Assembly: GCA_964016885.1 (NCBI GenBank)
Contig: OZ024741.1
Coordinates: forward strand, 310,682,001-310,746,000
Reading direction: 5' to 3'
From: Eledone cirrhosa
Taxonomy: Eukaryota
DNA length: 64,000 nt
The notes under the pieces are model-generated. The model was given only the letters and a program-made list of their open reading frames with translations. It did not search any database and had not been told where the DNA came from. The position numbers and the translations under genes are program-made. Below are positions 1 to 13,082 of the stretch, one piece after another (positions within the stretch are counted from its first letter, which is position 1; every line of letters begins with the position of its first letter).

Positions 1-633
1 TGTTGTTGTTATCGTTATTTGTGTTATTATTAATTTTAGTTTCAGTTGTGGTGGTGGTGACGTCAGTGGTGTTCGGTGTGGAAGAGTCCATCTTGGTTGA
101 AAACATTTCGACATCACGAGTTGATTTATTTTTTCCTTTTTGTTTCTGTTGTCGCGGTGGTGGTGGGGGTGGGGGTTGTCGCGGTGGTGGTGGTTGTCGC
201 GGGGGTGGTGGTTGTCGCGGTGGTAGTGGTGGTGGCGGCTTTAACACCTGCAGTCATTGGTAATGGCGGGAAATGAATGTCTGCATGAGACAAATTTAAA
301 ATATTGCTACTGCTTATATTTTTTTTAGTGTTGGCAAACGTAGTAACATTTACAATGGTGGTGTCGGTGTGAGGTGTTAGTTTGTGAGGAAGACTCTCAG
401 CTGCTTGGTGCAGAGATGAATTAGCCATTTTTTTTCAAAGAAATTTTTTGATAATCATAAAAGTTTAAATTTTGGTCACAAGGCCCCAATCTTTTTGGGT
501 GTTCTTTTCGGAAAACAATGTGCGCTTATATATTGTTAACAATAAAAATTTTCCATAAATGGCAATTTTTAACACCAGAAATAACAAACCTTTGCGGAGC
601 TCACCATGATACGATTTACTACGTAGGTCGCCA
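1..633 (-). mobile_element. 5' end (UTR and Thr-rich ORF1 N-terminus) of an L1/Tx1-like LINE extending off the window
   Basis: ORF 126-428 has the same Thr/Asn-rich N-terminal style as ORF1 of the elements at 5459-6787 and 19842-20141; its 5' end abuts (TAA)n at 634-658. Confidence 0.6.
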
Positions 634-658
634 GTAATAATAATAATAATAATAATAA

Positions 659-1329
659 GGAGGAGGCTAGCCCACTGTGCAGGATCTGTGGAGAGAGAGA
701 GAGAGGAGACTGTGGCTCACATTGTATCCGAGTGTAAACACCTAGCCCAGACTCACTATAGGGGCTGGAGACATGATGTGATAGGCAGGGTGATCCACAG
801 GCACCTATGCAAAGTAAACAATTTACCACATTCTGAGAAGTGGTATTAGCATAAGCCAGAGTCGGTGATAGAAAACGATCAGGTGAAGGTTCTGTGGGAT
901 TTTAGGATACAGACGGACAAGAAACTGGAACACAATAGACCTGACCTGGTGGTTGTGGACAAAGAAAAAAGATCGTGCCTGATTGTGGATGTGGCCTGCC
1001 CATTCGACACGAGAGTGCAAGAGAAGGAGAGGGATAAAATTAACCGATACCAGGACTTAAAGTGGGAGGTAAAAAGGATTTGGAACTGCCATGAAGTCAA
1101 AGTGGTCCCGATAGTCATAGGCGCACTAGGTACTATCTCAAATAGTTTCCAGGGATGGTTAAAGAAAATTGGCCACTTCACGCTTTTTAGAAGGCTTCAA
1201 AAAGCATGCTTGCTGGGAACAGCGAGAACCCTCCGATACGTCCTGAATATCTGAGGCTGCAGGTAGTGGCTTGATATTCATTTCAACAAACTTTCCAGTT
1301 AACTAACATCAATGACTGAGACTCAAAGA
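659..1329 (+). mobile_element. 5'-truncated R4/Dong-like non-LTR retrotransposon (CCHC knuckle plus RLE)
   Basis: CRICG..ETVAHIVSEC, RHD, RPDLVVVD, IVDVACPFD and KINRYQDL motifs (ORF 865-1254); flanked by (TAA)n on both sides; near-identical to 35672-36320. Confidence 0.9.
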
Positions 1330-1363
1330 ATAATAACAACAATAATAATAATAATAATAATAA

Positions 1364-1471
1364 TTGTTTCTACTTTAGGCACAAGGCCAGCAATTACCCA
1401 GTACATTACTGGTACTCTATTTCATCGACCCCGTAAGGTTGAAAGGCAAAGTTAACCTCGGCGGGATTTGA
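1364..1471 (-). mobile_element. 3' fragment of the window's main tRNA-derived SINE family
   Basis: Reverse complement of the 3' half of the full copy at 38367-38552. Confidence 0.85.
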
Positions 1472-1769
1472 GAATAATAATAATAATAATGATTTCATTT
1501 ATTAGCCACCAGGGCCGACATCTAGGGGACAATACAAAGACAGGGACAGTGGGGGTTTACAATAAGGTCGAGTAAAAGTGCACAATGGCAAGACTAATTT
1601 AACAATGAAAATATAAAAATATAAAATAAACTATGCATAAATATAACAAAATAAATTCCCCGATAGGAGGTGGACGACCCTGGGGTGCTTCAGGTGCCCC
1701 ACCAATCCTGAACCACCCTGCGCTTCTAGGGCACCCAGGAAGAGCACCCCTCACCTCAAATTAGCTAGC

Positions 1770-4700
1770 CTATAGGCGCATGGTGAGAGTAGGCCCATTC
1801 ACACGAGCCATTCTCACCACATTCACCCACCTTTTAGCAAATGTACTGGGGGGCAGCACTTCTCTCTCCACCCTCACCTTCCTTTCCAGGTGAAACTTGA
1901 AGAAGTTGATGAGGGATTGGCCGAAGAGAAAAGTGTCTGTCTTTAGTCCTTTCAACCTGGTCCACCATATAATCTCTTTCGCAACTGCCACCAGACAGAG
2001 GAAAATTTCCTGCTCTTCCTGACCTAAGGAAGGCGGCGGGTCGATCTTCACTATGGAGACGGCCGGTAGCCGGATTCGTTCCACACGCGATAGTAGCTGT
2101 TCGACATAACTTCACAAGTCAATAATGCACGGACATTGGACAAGTGCGTGCAGAACGGTTTCGTCGTTCTTTGCGCATCTTGGGCAGGTCCGTCTGACAG
2201 CACTTCCGTGCCTGTAGGATTTATCCCGAACCGGCAGTGCCCCTCGGTAGCACTGCCATGCGAGGAATTTCTGGATTTTGTCCATCGTCCCCGGCTCAAA
2301 GGTCCTCCGGTACAGACTGGTCAGTTCGACTTCGTCGAGGCCCAAAGCTTCTCCGAGTGCGTCATCGCACTTGCCCACCACTAATCCTCTATAGAACTCG
2401 AGAGTGGAAGTTCCACTGATCGCATTTCCCGCTTGGTAGAGGGCAGTGAGTGCCTGGCAACATTCCAGGTGCCAGTCACCCAGTCTCGGTATCTTCTTGA
2501 CCCAGGACTGTAGCTCAGTCAAATAAACCAGCTGCGGAAAGGCCCGTCTGAAAAACGGCGATCACACCTGTTCATCGTTGAGGCAGAATATCTGGAGATG
2601 TCGCAGCCTCAACGCATGTCTGCGCATCATTAGCCACGGCATGCCCAGCCCTCCGCGTAGAGGGTGCTGGCAGCAGATGGACCGCCTCACCAACGGAATT
2701 TGTCCCCTCCACAACAATTTGAAGGGGAGCCTGACGAGGCGCGGACGGGGGCAAGGCACGATGGTCAGGCGGTAGTAGGTGACGGACGCGATGTACGCAT
2801 TCGCCACCTCCGCGCGACCTTTCAGTGATAGCTTCCTCCCAGCCCATTTTTGGGTGAGACTGGCTATTTTGCTCGTTACCTCGTCCCAATTCTTTTCCAA
2901 CTGGAGGTCTGCTCCGAACCAAACCCCGAGAAACTTTACCGGTCCGTCCGTCCAGCGCCCCATGATGCTGTTGGACGGCATGGGCTTGCTTCTCCAGGTT
3001 CTGAGCTGCAAGCCCACCGACTTTTCCGGGTTAAGTTTGGCTCCTGTCAACCTTTCATATTCCTTCAATAAGGTGCCGACCACCTCCATTTCTGAGGTGT
3101 TCGACACCATCACGGTGATGTCGTCCGCATAAGCCGACACCGCCTTTCCACGTCCCGGTTCGAGCGGGATGCCCTGCAACAGCTCCAGCTTCCGCAGTAA
3201 AGGCTCGAGAGTTAATACGTACAGAAGGGAAGAGAGAGGGCACCCTTGACGGACCGATCGGGAGAGCCGAAATGGTTCCGAGAGGTGGCCATTAACCTTG
3301 ACCACCGAGCATGTGTCGCTGTGCATTGCAACGATCCAGCTTCTAAAGACAGGGCCGAAGCCAGCTGCTTTGAGGACAAACTCCAGATACCGATGGTCGA
3401 CCCTCTCGAATGCTTTCGATTGATCTAAATTGATCAGTGACCCACCGAAGCCAGGTTTGCAGCCTAGCCTCTCTATGATGGATCGCATGAGGTGGAGATT
3501 GTCGTGCATGGACCTAGCTGGGATTGCGCAAGTTTGCTAACGCCTTGGCCAAAATCTTAAACTCTGTATTGAGCAGAGTTATGGGCCTGAAGTTGTCTAA
3601 TGTATCCCTCTTGTTCTCGTCTTTCCTTATCAGCGTCACCACTCCCCTGCTCACAGAACTGGGAATACTCCCATTCTGCTGCCAGTTGCAGTAGAGTGAT
3701 TCGAGGAGTTCGGAGAACAAGTCTGGCATATTTACGTAAAGCTCGTAGGGCAGGTCATCCAAAACGGGTGACATGTGCCTCATGCAGCCGACAAGGGCGT
3801 CCTGAATTTAGGCTGAAGTAATCGGCCTTTCGCAACGCTCAGTGTCGACCGTCGAGATGCGCGGCAAGCCGTCAAGGTAGGGACTGAAATCCGCTACTCT
3901 CTCTGACTCGCCAGTATCTCTGAACAAAAGAGCAAAGTGCTGACGAAAGGCCTCACATACCGTTTGGAATCGCTTATGTCGTGTCCGTCTCGGTCCGCCA
4001 AAGACCGAATTGTGGTTTTATTACCACGCTGCGCCTCCGCCACGCGGGCCCATCGAACAGCTTTAGTTCCCTCGTTTCTCAGCGCACGCGCCTTAGCTCT
4101 GACAATGCAACCTTCGTGTTTGGCATTGAAGAAATCGTCTAATGCCATTCTCGCCGCTAGCACGTCAGTTGCGATGCCACTACAAATAGCCTCGTCTAAC
4201 TTATCTACCAGCTCCCCCTCCTTTCTATTTTTCTCTAACGCTAGTTCTTTGCTGAACTCTATCGAAGTTACTCTAATCTCTCTTTTGAGAGCCACCCACC
4301 ATCTGTTGTTGATGATCCCCTCTGTCAACTTTTGCTTAACTAAATTGTTGACTCTGTCCCTGTAAGCCTTACGTGCCGGAAATGACATGTTCAGCTTCCA
4401 GTAACCCGGTCCTAACCTACGCGTTTTATTTAGCTCGATCGTACAGATCCCAAATTTGTGATCTGAATAGGCGAACGTTTTAAAAAGTGGACAGCCCACA
4501 CTATTTCTATCTATTTTCCTAATGAAGATCCTGTCTATATACGATCTAGATGACCCCATTCGGTTGGTCCATGGCCATACTGGCACATTGGGGAAATATA
4601 GTCGATACCTGTCAGACAGTTGGAACTGGCTGAGTAGGTGCTTGAGGCTTTTACACCCCCGCTCCTATCGGCTACTCCCACACAATCTCAGCGTGCGTCT

Positions 4701-5137
4701 GAGATGCCATTCCAGTCCCCCGCTAACAGTAAAGGGCGAGACGTAACCAGAAAGGTCTCCAGGCGCCTAAAGAAGTCAGGTCGTACGGCCCCTGTAGGGG
4801 CGTAGACGGCCAGCAGTCTAAAGGCACCACCTTCGCTACTGCTCACATCCAAGACCACCAACTTACCGTCCGGGTCCTGGAAGATCGACCTTACCTCGAG
4901 ATCCAGTCCTTTCCTAAACAGCACTGCCACCCCACCCCCCATTCCCGGCCTGCTAACAGATGCGAAGATCTGATAGTCGTCGAAAATGGGTGCTAGTGCA
5001 CGCGTGTCGGAAATTCTGGTCTCGCTTACGGCAATCACATCCATTTCCAGTGACCGGAGGTCGTTGAGCAGGCGACCCTGCTTCCAGGGTGACCCCAGGC
5101 CGCGAACATTTAAACTTCATACTCTTAATATGGCCAT
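1770..5137 (-). pseudogene. Tx1-like ORF2 (APE endonuclease, reverse transcriptase, CCHC), frameshifted
   Basis: ORF pieces 4688-5044, 3894-4586, 3514-3783, 2562-3509, 2112-2522 and 1770-2084; ATG at 5137. Confidence 0.9.
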
Positions 5138-5146
5138 ATTGGTAAG

Positions 5147-6787
5147 CTAAGAGAGAGAGAGGGAAGGTTTACTTACCTCCCGGGCCTTGTGAAGGTCGGG
5201 TGGTTCGACCTCCATGGTTGGTGGGGTTTCGTTTGGGAACCCCTTTAAAAGTCTTGATGTGGGTTTCACATGTGTTTGTTTAGGTAGTTTGCGTTTCGGG
5301 GATTGTGGAGGTGGTGTCGATGTTGCTCTTGGTGATGATGTTATTGGGGAAGTGTTTGCGTTAGTGGTCTCTGTATTTTTTGTTGTGTGTGTTTTTGTGT
5401 TTTGTTGGGGCTTTTTTTGTGTGAGTTTTCTGTTTTTTTTGCACTTTTGGGTTTTCCTTCATCTTCGCTGCTGGAAGACAAAGGGTCTGTGTCTGTGAGT
5501 GTCTCTGTGTCTGTGTGTGCGTTTATTGTTTTGTCTATGTGTATAATTGGGGGGGGGGGGGGTAGGGGTAGTGGGAGAGCTTTCCTCGTTTTCTCCTTGG
5601 ATTGGTTTTGGTGTTGGTGGTGATCCGGCTGCTTTTGATGTTGGTGTCCGTGTTTTTGTTGATGTTGTTTTTGGTGGTGGTGGTGGTGCAGCTTTCCGTG
5701 CTGACACTGGCGTTGGCAACAAAGGAGGTTTGCGATCCCCTGCATTTTTGCTCTGAGGGCAGAAGGCTTGAAGATGCGTTGCTTCCCCGCAGATGAAGCA
5801 GCGTGGCCTTCTTCCGTCAATCATTAGTTGGATTGTTGTCCCGTCCTGCAGGGGGGCAAAATCCGGGATGTTATTCATATCCTCCGGTTTCATTTGGAGA
5901 AGAATCTCCAAATCCATTCCGGACCAGTCCTCCCTCTCTGTCCTTTTGATGTCCAGGAGGGTAGTGTCTGTCCCCTCCTCGATTACGCATCCCAGCAGCC
6001 ACCATATGTTCATTCCTGGTGGGATGCTGAGAATGCGTACCTTCACTGTCCTTTTACCCATATAGGACGGATGCATGATAATGCGTTCCGTTCTGCAGGG
6101 GGTCACCGAGTGCTTAATAGCGAGGGCCTCGGTTTTGAACAGTACCGAGATGGTACCGAACTGTTTGCCTCTTGCTTTGTACTCTATGTTACTTCCGATG
6201 TACTCCAAAGCAGCCTCTACCTCTGCTTGGCTCGCAAGTTCCACTTTTCGTGTCTGCACCGAAATACATCGAAAGAACACCGTCCTCCTTTGCATGGCCG
6301 CTATTGCCTCGTCCGGGATGGTCAGGTTTGCCCAGGACTTCTCCCGTTTAATTAGCCTCCACGCTTTGGCCAACTGTTCGTCTTTATCGCTAATATCAAT
6401 ATCAATATTCAATAAGCGCTTTGTTTTTGCTGCTGCTGCTGCAGCAAATGTGGTGTTTCTGATGCTCTTATTGTTGTTGTTGTCATTCTTCCTGTTGCCA
6501 CCGCCATCCTTGTTTACATTGAAGCTGTCGGTGTTATTGTCGTTATTGCTCTGAGTTGTTGTTGTGGTGGTGGTGGTGGTGGTGGCGGTGGTGGTGATGT
6601 CGTTTTCAGATGATACTGCTGCTATCGCAGAAGGTTGTGATGGTAGCTTTAGAGTTTTGCCTTCACATTCAGTAGAGTGGATGACAGGCATGACTGTAGC
6701 CGTCGTAGTCGTGGTGAAATCTACAGTGGCTGCCGTTAAACTTTTGACCTGAACGTTGTTTACCGTTTCAAGGTCGAAAATTTCCAT
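5147..6787 (-). pseudogene. Tx1-like ORF1 (nucleic-acid-binding protein with CCHC zinc knuckle), frameshifted near the C-terminus
   Basis: 442-aa ORF with CFICGEATHLQAFC; the C-terminal LLKGFP..MEVEPPD motif matches the ORF1 end of element C (LLKGFP..MEIEQPD). Confidence 0.85.
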
Positions 6788-7011
6788 AGTTTTCTTTTGG
6801 TGGAGAAGTGATTTTTTTCGAAGTTTTTAAAAATAAATCTGAATATTCGGGCTTATAGCCCGAATATTGAGAGGTATCCCTCTCTTTAAATCAAGATGTG
6901 TACCTTAAGTGTCGTTAACGACAAGAAAATACAAAAAATGACACATTAAAACAGCTTAAAGTTACGAACATTTCCCCCGCAGATTTGTACTGTCTTCACA
7001 CATGTGCGGCC

Positions 7012-7048
<37 letters not shown>

Positions 7049-8932
7049 TGAATATACATATGACCACCTGATAACAAATGACCTATTTCCCATTGTGCAG
7101 AAAGGGTGTAAGCGAGGCTCATATGGCTGTAAGGATCAGCTTCTGGTTAACAAAATGATACTGGAAGAATGTCATAATAGACACAAAAATCTATCAATTG
7201 CTTGGATACATTATAAAAAAACATTCGATAGTTTGCCACACAGTTGGATTGAAAAATGTTTTGAAATTTTCAAAATGTCCCCCGTTGTCAGGAGGTTTTT
7301 GTGATTCAGTATGAAGACATGGAAAACGACACTCCTTTTGTATAGTGAAACAAAATCACTGGAAGCTGGAGAAGTTAATATTAATTGTGGAATTTTTCAG
7401 GGTGACTCTTTATCACCGCTTTTATTCTGCATCGCACTTATACCATTAAGTAAAATGCTCAATGAAACAAAACATGGATATAAAGTCTATGACAAAACCA
7501 TTAATCACTTGTTCTACATGGATGACCTGAAACTATTTGCAAAAAATGATGAACAATTGCAAGGGATATTATCCACTGTGGAGCAGTTCAGTGATGACAT
7601 TAAAATGGAGTTTGGACTAGATAAATGCGCCAAAGCAACGTTCAATGCGCCAAAGCAACGATACAAAAATTCGAAAATTCTTAACCATGCACAGAATGCA
7701 TCACCCTAAGGCAGATACAGATAGAATATATCTCCCTAGGAAAGAAGGAGGACGTGGGTTAATCCAGTTAGACATTGCGTTGAAAACTGCAACAATTGGA
7801 TTATCTACATATCTAAGGGAATCACATGATTGGATGATCAAACTCATTTTGAAACACGAAAGCATCAAAAGATCATACTCCATTACAAAAGATGAACAAA
7901 GATACAGTAATGGACTACAAATTTCACAAGTCCCATTTACTGCTGAAATGGAAAACACAGAAAAAGCAAAGCAGGTAAAAGTAACTGCAAAGAAAGAACT
8001 GCTACAGAAACTGGCTAAGAAATGGCAAGAAAAGCCTCCGTATGGAAAATACCCAGAACGAGCTAACAATCCTGATGTTGACAAAACTTTAACCCATCAG
8101 TGGTTGGCATCCTCTGGACTGAAATCGGAGACTGAAGGACTGATTATATCGGCACAAGATCAGTGTCTGCCAACAAAAAATTACCATCCAACATAATAAA
8201 AAATGGGTGCAGCCCATTATGCCGTGTATGCAAAAAACAACCAGAGACCATTGACCATATAATTTCAATGTGCAGTCCTATAGCTCCAACCGAATACCTA
8301 AACAGGTATGACAGAGCTGCACAATACATACATTGGATAATGTGTAAGCATTTTGACCTGCCCCATCAAAAGAATTGGTAGGAGCATCAACCACCTCCCA
8401 TACTTGAAAAAGATCACATCTCAATCTTGTGGAACTTTAGCATACAAACAGACCGAAAAATAGATGCAAATAGACCTGATATAATATTTAAGGACTTTAA
8501 AAAGAGGGTATGTCTGCTAATTGATATGTCCGTTCCAATAGACAAGAATGTATCTATAAAAACATTTGAAAAATTGAGCAAGTATAAGGACCTGGAGATA
8601 GAAATTGGAAAAATGTGGAAATTGAGAACTAAAACAATACCAGTGGTTGTAGGCGCTCTAGGAATGATACCTAAGGGGTCTAATGATTACTTATCGCAAA
8701 TCCCAGGAAACCCGCGTATAGGAGAAATACAAAAGATAGTACTAATGGGAACTGCCCATATACTAAGGAAGATGCTGTCAATATAAGTACATCACAAGTC
8801 TAAACACCTAAAGATGCATGTGGGTGTATGTATGTTCTTTCTTGAACATGGCGGACCTTGTTGTCTCTTGAGGTCACTGGTTGTGACTTGGTGATAACTC
8901 GTATGAACATAAAGCAAGATAAATGCAGCTGT
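7049..8932 (+). mobile_element. 5'-truncated R4/Dong-like RLE LINE (second family)
   Basis: QKGC..GCKDQL, GIFQGDSLSP, FYMDDLKL, GGRGL, CRVC..ETIDHIISMC and RPDIIF..LIDMS motifs; (TAA)n at both ends. Confidence 0.92.
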
Positions 8933-8953
8933 AATAATAATAATAATAATAAT

Positions 8954-9525
8954 ACATTTTTAATTGAAATACCATTAAAATTTCTTACTCTTCAATTCCT
9001 AACATTCCACATAACATCACTGCTTCAAATTTAGCTAAATAACCTAGCCGTAGGAACACGTGCAACCCTGTAGCTAGTACTAACTGTAATTGTAAGAATC
9101 GGGTTGACTGCCCCCTCTCCGAGAAATGCCTCTCGTGTAACATTGTCTACAACTGTAAGGTCGAAAGACCCACGTTCCGTAGGGCGTACATCGGATTAAC
9201 TCCTAAGTGATTCCAGCAGCGTCTTTACATGCACACCCATTCTTTTCTTAACCGTTTAAGAAGGAATACAACGTCACTTTTAGCTTATATCTGGAGTCTA
9301 AAAGCAACCACACCCAATATAGGTTACACTGGGAGATCGTAGCTGAGGCTAGCTCGTATAACGGAAATAAAAGATCATGCAATCTTTGCGCCGCTGAAGC
9401 CCTGGAAATACTCTACGCCAATGACCACATCTTAAACAAAAAATATGAGGCAATTTCGGCTTGTAAACACAAATTGCATAAAACTTTCCTGTATTACAGC
9501 CCCACATTATACCTTAACGGATAGT
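8954..9525 (+). mobile_element. Penelope-like element GIY-YIG endonuclease fragment; AT-rich 3' region probably continues to about 10290
   Basis: Manual translation from about 9084 gives CNCKNRVDCPLSEKCLSCNIVYNC..YIG and later CNLCAAE..LNKK..CKH, as in the other PLE copies. Confidence 0.75.
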
Positions 9526-10291
9526 ACGAACAATACGCGGATAATTTACGTCTTGATGTGGTAGCTAAGTATATTTTATGTTTATACCATTACTTATTTG
9601 TATAGGTAAGTGTATATTACCTGTATGTTTTGCGAAGGTACGTATACTTACTCGTACGTATATTTGCTTGTATTTGGTATAGGTGTATATATTATATTAT
9701 ATATATACTGGTACATGTGTATATGGTTATGTGTATATGTGCATTTTGTGTTTGTGTGTGTATACGGGTTTGCACGTATGTAAGGTGTTTATATGTGTAC
9801 TTTGTGTTTTGGTTGACGTGCGTTTAGTGAACATATATGTATTTACCTGTAGGAATGCGTGTGCGTGCGTTATATACGTATTTATGTGTGTATATTTATA
9901 TATGTTTATATAATTATATGAATACACGCACACATCCACATATCTATTTTTTTATGTGTATTTGGTGTATAAGTTCGTATGTGTGCGTGTACAGGTGTCG
10001 CGCAGGTTTTTGCATGTGTGCGCGTGTTTATGTGTACGTGCTTGTACATGCATACCATGGCGGGTATTTTCGCGTATGCATGGGTATGTACGTATATGGA
10101 TGCGTGTATGTATATATTTAATTATTGTTGATTTCAATAATCTCTGTTATTTTCGTTCTACAAATTTATTTATACTTAACTCTGAAGCCGAGAATCATTC
10201 GGTTTCCTAAATAGAATATTAGACTACGACTTAATTTATACCATAAACGTGGTTTTGTCTTTGCGTGTAATTGTTCTCTCGTTGCACATAA

Positions 10292-10410
10292 TTGTTTCTA
10301 CTTTAGGCACAAGGCCAGCAATTACCCAGTGCATTACTGGTACTTTATTTTATCGACCCCGTAAGGATGAAAGGCAAAGTCAACGTCGGCGGGATTTGAA
10401 CTCAGATCGT
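10292..10410 (-). mobile_element. tRNA-derived SINE fragment
   Basis: Reverse complement of the 38367-38552 family, including B-box GAGTTCAAATCC. Confidence 0.85.
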
Positions 10411-10718
10411 ACTCTCTCGTTCCACATAATGACGTATTATCTTCGCTTTTTTCCGTTCATTGCCAGGGAACGTCTCCACGAACCAAAGTATCGCCTTTTG
10501 TTTTCCTTCGGTTGCGACGTTTTTCGAAATATTTACTTCTGCGTCCACAGATTGATTTTTTTTAGTTTCAGAAAATCCCGTTAAGGGTGAAAGCAGCGAT
10601 TCTTTGCTTAAACTTTAATCTGTTATTTTAATAAATAATGAATATATATATATTATATATATATATATATTATATATACACACACACACAAATATATATA
10701 TATATATATATATATCTA

Positions 10719-10759
<41 letters not shown>

Positions 10760-10880
10760 GTGAAGGCGTGTGATTGAGTGGTTAGATAATTGGATTCGCA
10801 ATCGTGAGGTTGTGAGTTGGATTCTCGGACCGGGCGCTGCGTTATTTCCTTGAGCAAGACACTTTATTTTCACGATGCTC
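10760..10880 (+). mobile_element. Second tRNA-derived SINE family (decayed head and core)
   Basis: A-box-like GGCGTGTGATTGAGTGGTTAG, B-box-like GAGTTGGATTC, then CCTTGAGCAAGACACTT core. Confidence 0.6.
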
Positions 10881-11189
10881 GTTCTACATGGAGTTGCCAC
10901 CGAGTTGCTACATAGAGTTCATCCGTCCGACTTGACGAATGTCGATTATTCCTTCTATATATATATGTGTGTGTGTGTGTGTTTCTGTATTTCTCTCTCT
11001 CTTCCTCTCACTCTAAATTCATGCCAGTTAATGTACAATCTGCCTAACAAAAAAAGTCACTTGTACGCAATACCAATAATTCACACCAACATAAAGTAAA
11101 CCATGGTTTTGAGAACATCTGTCAATATGAAGAGGATAACGTTCTCAAAAGAAACAATTCTGTTAGTACATACAACTGTTACATAATGT

Positions 11190-11450
11190 CGTACCTTGTA
11201 CTCTCTAATTATGATTAACATACACTTAAGACTTTCAACATTGATACGAATATTGGAATATCTGATGAAACCTGAACAAATTGTTTCACACACATTAAAT
11301 TCCCTATATAGAGCCAGAAAATACATCAATCCCGCTCAATTTCTAACACTCTACAAGGTTCAACTTAAACCCACATTAGACTACAGCTCAAATCTACACA
11401 ACAATGCTACTGCTACACACAATCATTATTAAGAAAATCAGAAAGGACAG
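11190..11450 (+). mobile_element. Old CR1/L2/Jockey-group LINE RT C-terminal remnant
   Basis: LYRARKYINPAQFLTLYKVQLKPTLDYSS resembles the LYK..IRP.LEY motif. Confidence 0.55.
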
Positions 11451-12937
11451 TCATAGACTTGTCGTCTGTTATTCTTTCTGTTTACATCACTAGTATAATG
11501 ATCTGTTGCTCTGCTGTAGATATTTGCATAACTTTTTCACCTTATGCGTATTCATCGTATTCTAGCCAACCCTCATACTTTCTTCTTAATTTTGTTCTCT
11601 CCCCATTTAAAGATTCCCATAATCTCTCCTGTCCAGAACAATGCCCGTCTAGTTTTATATCCCGGCTCATGATTTTAACAATGATTTACAGATGTTCAAC
11701 TTGAACATCAAACAAGACATTCAGACGAGAGTGTCATGTGGGATTTCTCTCTGATTTTCACAATCTTTTAAAGAAAAAGATGTGAAAATCTGATCCTCAA
11801 ATTTTTTATTATTGTTTAATGAATTTAAATTTTTGATAGTTTCCATTATTAATATTAAAAACATAGAAAGAGGAATGTGACACATTTGAGTTGCAAGTAA
11901 CCCTTCCTTTGATATCTGTAGATCATCCAGCTGGAAAACTGTAGTAGACTACTTTCTTCTATCGAAGGCCTGTAATGATTTGAAAGAAAAAATGAGTTAA
12001 AAATAAGCCCCAACAGAAAATAAAGTCTTTTAAAACGTCGCGTACATTGTATAGTTCTGCTTTGTCTAGTTAAAAATATACAATGGGAGATATTTTATCT
12101 TTGCCCTCCTTGAAAGTCAGTGGAACTATACGGTAGAAGATGATCCTGAAAGGAACACGGCAAGCTATCATGTTATTCTCACACTGAACCAAAAATGTTT
12201 AATCATGTGAAATACGTTAATTGTACCCAATAATAACATTCGGGTCTTACATAGGGTGGCTAGACATCTGAGCAACCCACACGAATGTATAAAGAGATAT
12301 ATTATTTCAAATGGTACCACCATAAGAGATTTTATCTCACTGATCTCGAGCGACATATCGTCTCTGTTATGTGATATATACAGATGGAGCTGAGGATGTC
12401 ATGCTTATTCTAAGTAGTTAGTTACACGTTTGCAAGGCAACCAATGAAGTAGTCTCTCAAAAACTAATACAGGGCGTGATGTTAAGAAAGGAGAGATGGG
12501 TCAGAAAAAGAGTTAGAGGAAAAGTGAAAGTGAAAAGAAGTGCACAGAAAGAAATGAAGAAATGAGAAGCGAGCGTACGTAGAGAAGATTATAAAACAAT
12601 GTTGTTTTAGTTGGTCGTATCTATTGTAGTCTATCCACGAATATTTCCTACTTTTTAAAAAACAGTAAAGATGTAAGATATTTCTGCATTTATTAGTGGA
12701 CATAAGATTAATCGCTCAATATTTAAACAAACAACCTATTTTTCGAACAATTGTGTGTCTTGCAATTTTTTTGAATTTACGTAAATTTAATTGAACAATG
12801 CCAACGCACGTAATTGACAATAAACAATATACAAAAAGCCGGGATGGATGAATGGACGGATGGATGGACGGACAAATGGATGGAAGGACGCACGGGCCGA
12901 CAGGGCAGACATATAGATAGATTGGTAGATAGATATA

Positions 12938-13027
12938 TTTCTTTATTTGCTATAAGGGCGCACAAGAAAAGGGGACAATACAAAGTCACACGCCGGGGAT
13001 TTTACATACAGTCGTGTAAAAATATAT
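12938..13027 (-). mobile_element. Tx1-type 3'-tail stub in (GATA)n
   Basis: Shares the ...TGTCCCC..GCGCCC..GCAAATAAAGAAA terminus of elements A-D; closely matches 56833-56913. Confidence 0.75.
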
Positions 13028-13082
13028 ACATAGATAGATAGATAGATACATAGAATAGATAGAGAGACAAATGGATAGAAAA

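Larger units (their letters stand above)
1491..7012 (-). mobile_element. Near full-length degenerate L1/Tx1-clade LINE (element A)
   Basis: ORF1 with zinc knuckle; ORF2 with APE endonuclease (LNVRG, SETR, GDWN, SDH), RT (NFRPITLLN, LDQSKAFERV, QGCPLS, YADD) and C-terminal CPRC..ETVLH..C; 3' AATAAA; (TAA)n at both ends. Confidence 0.92.
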
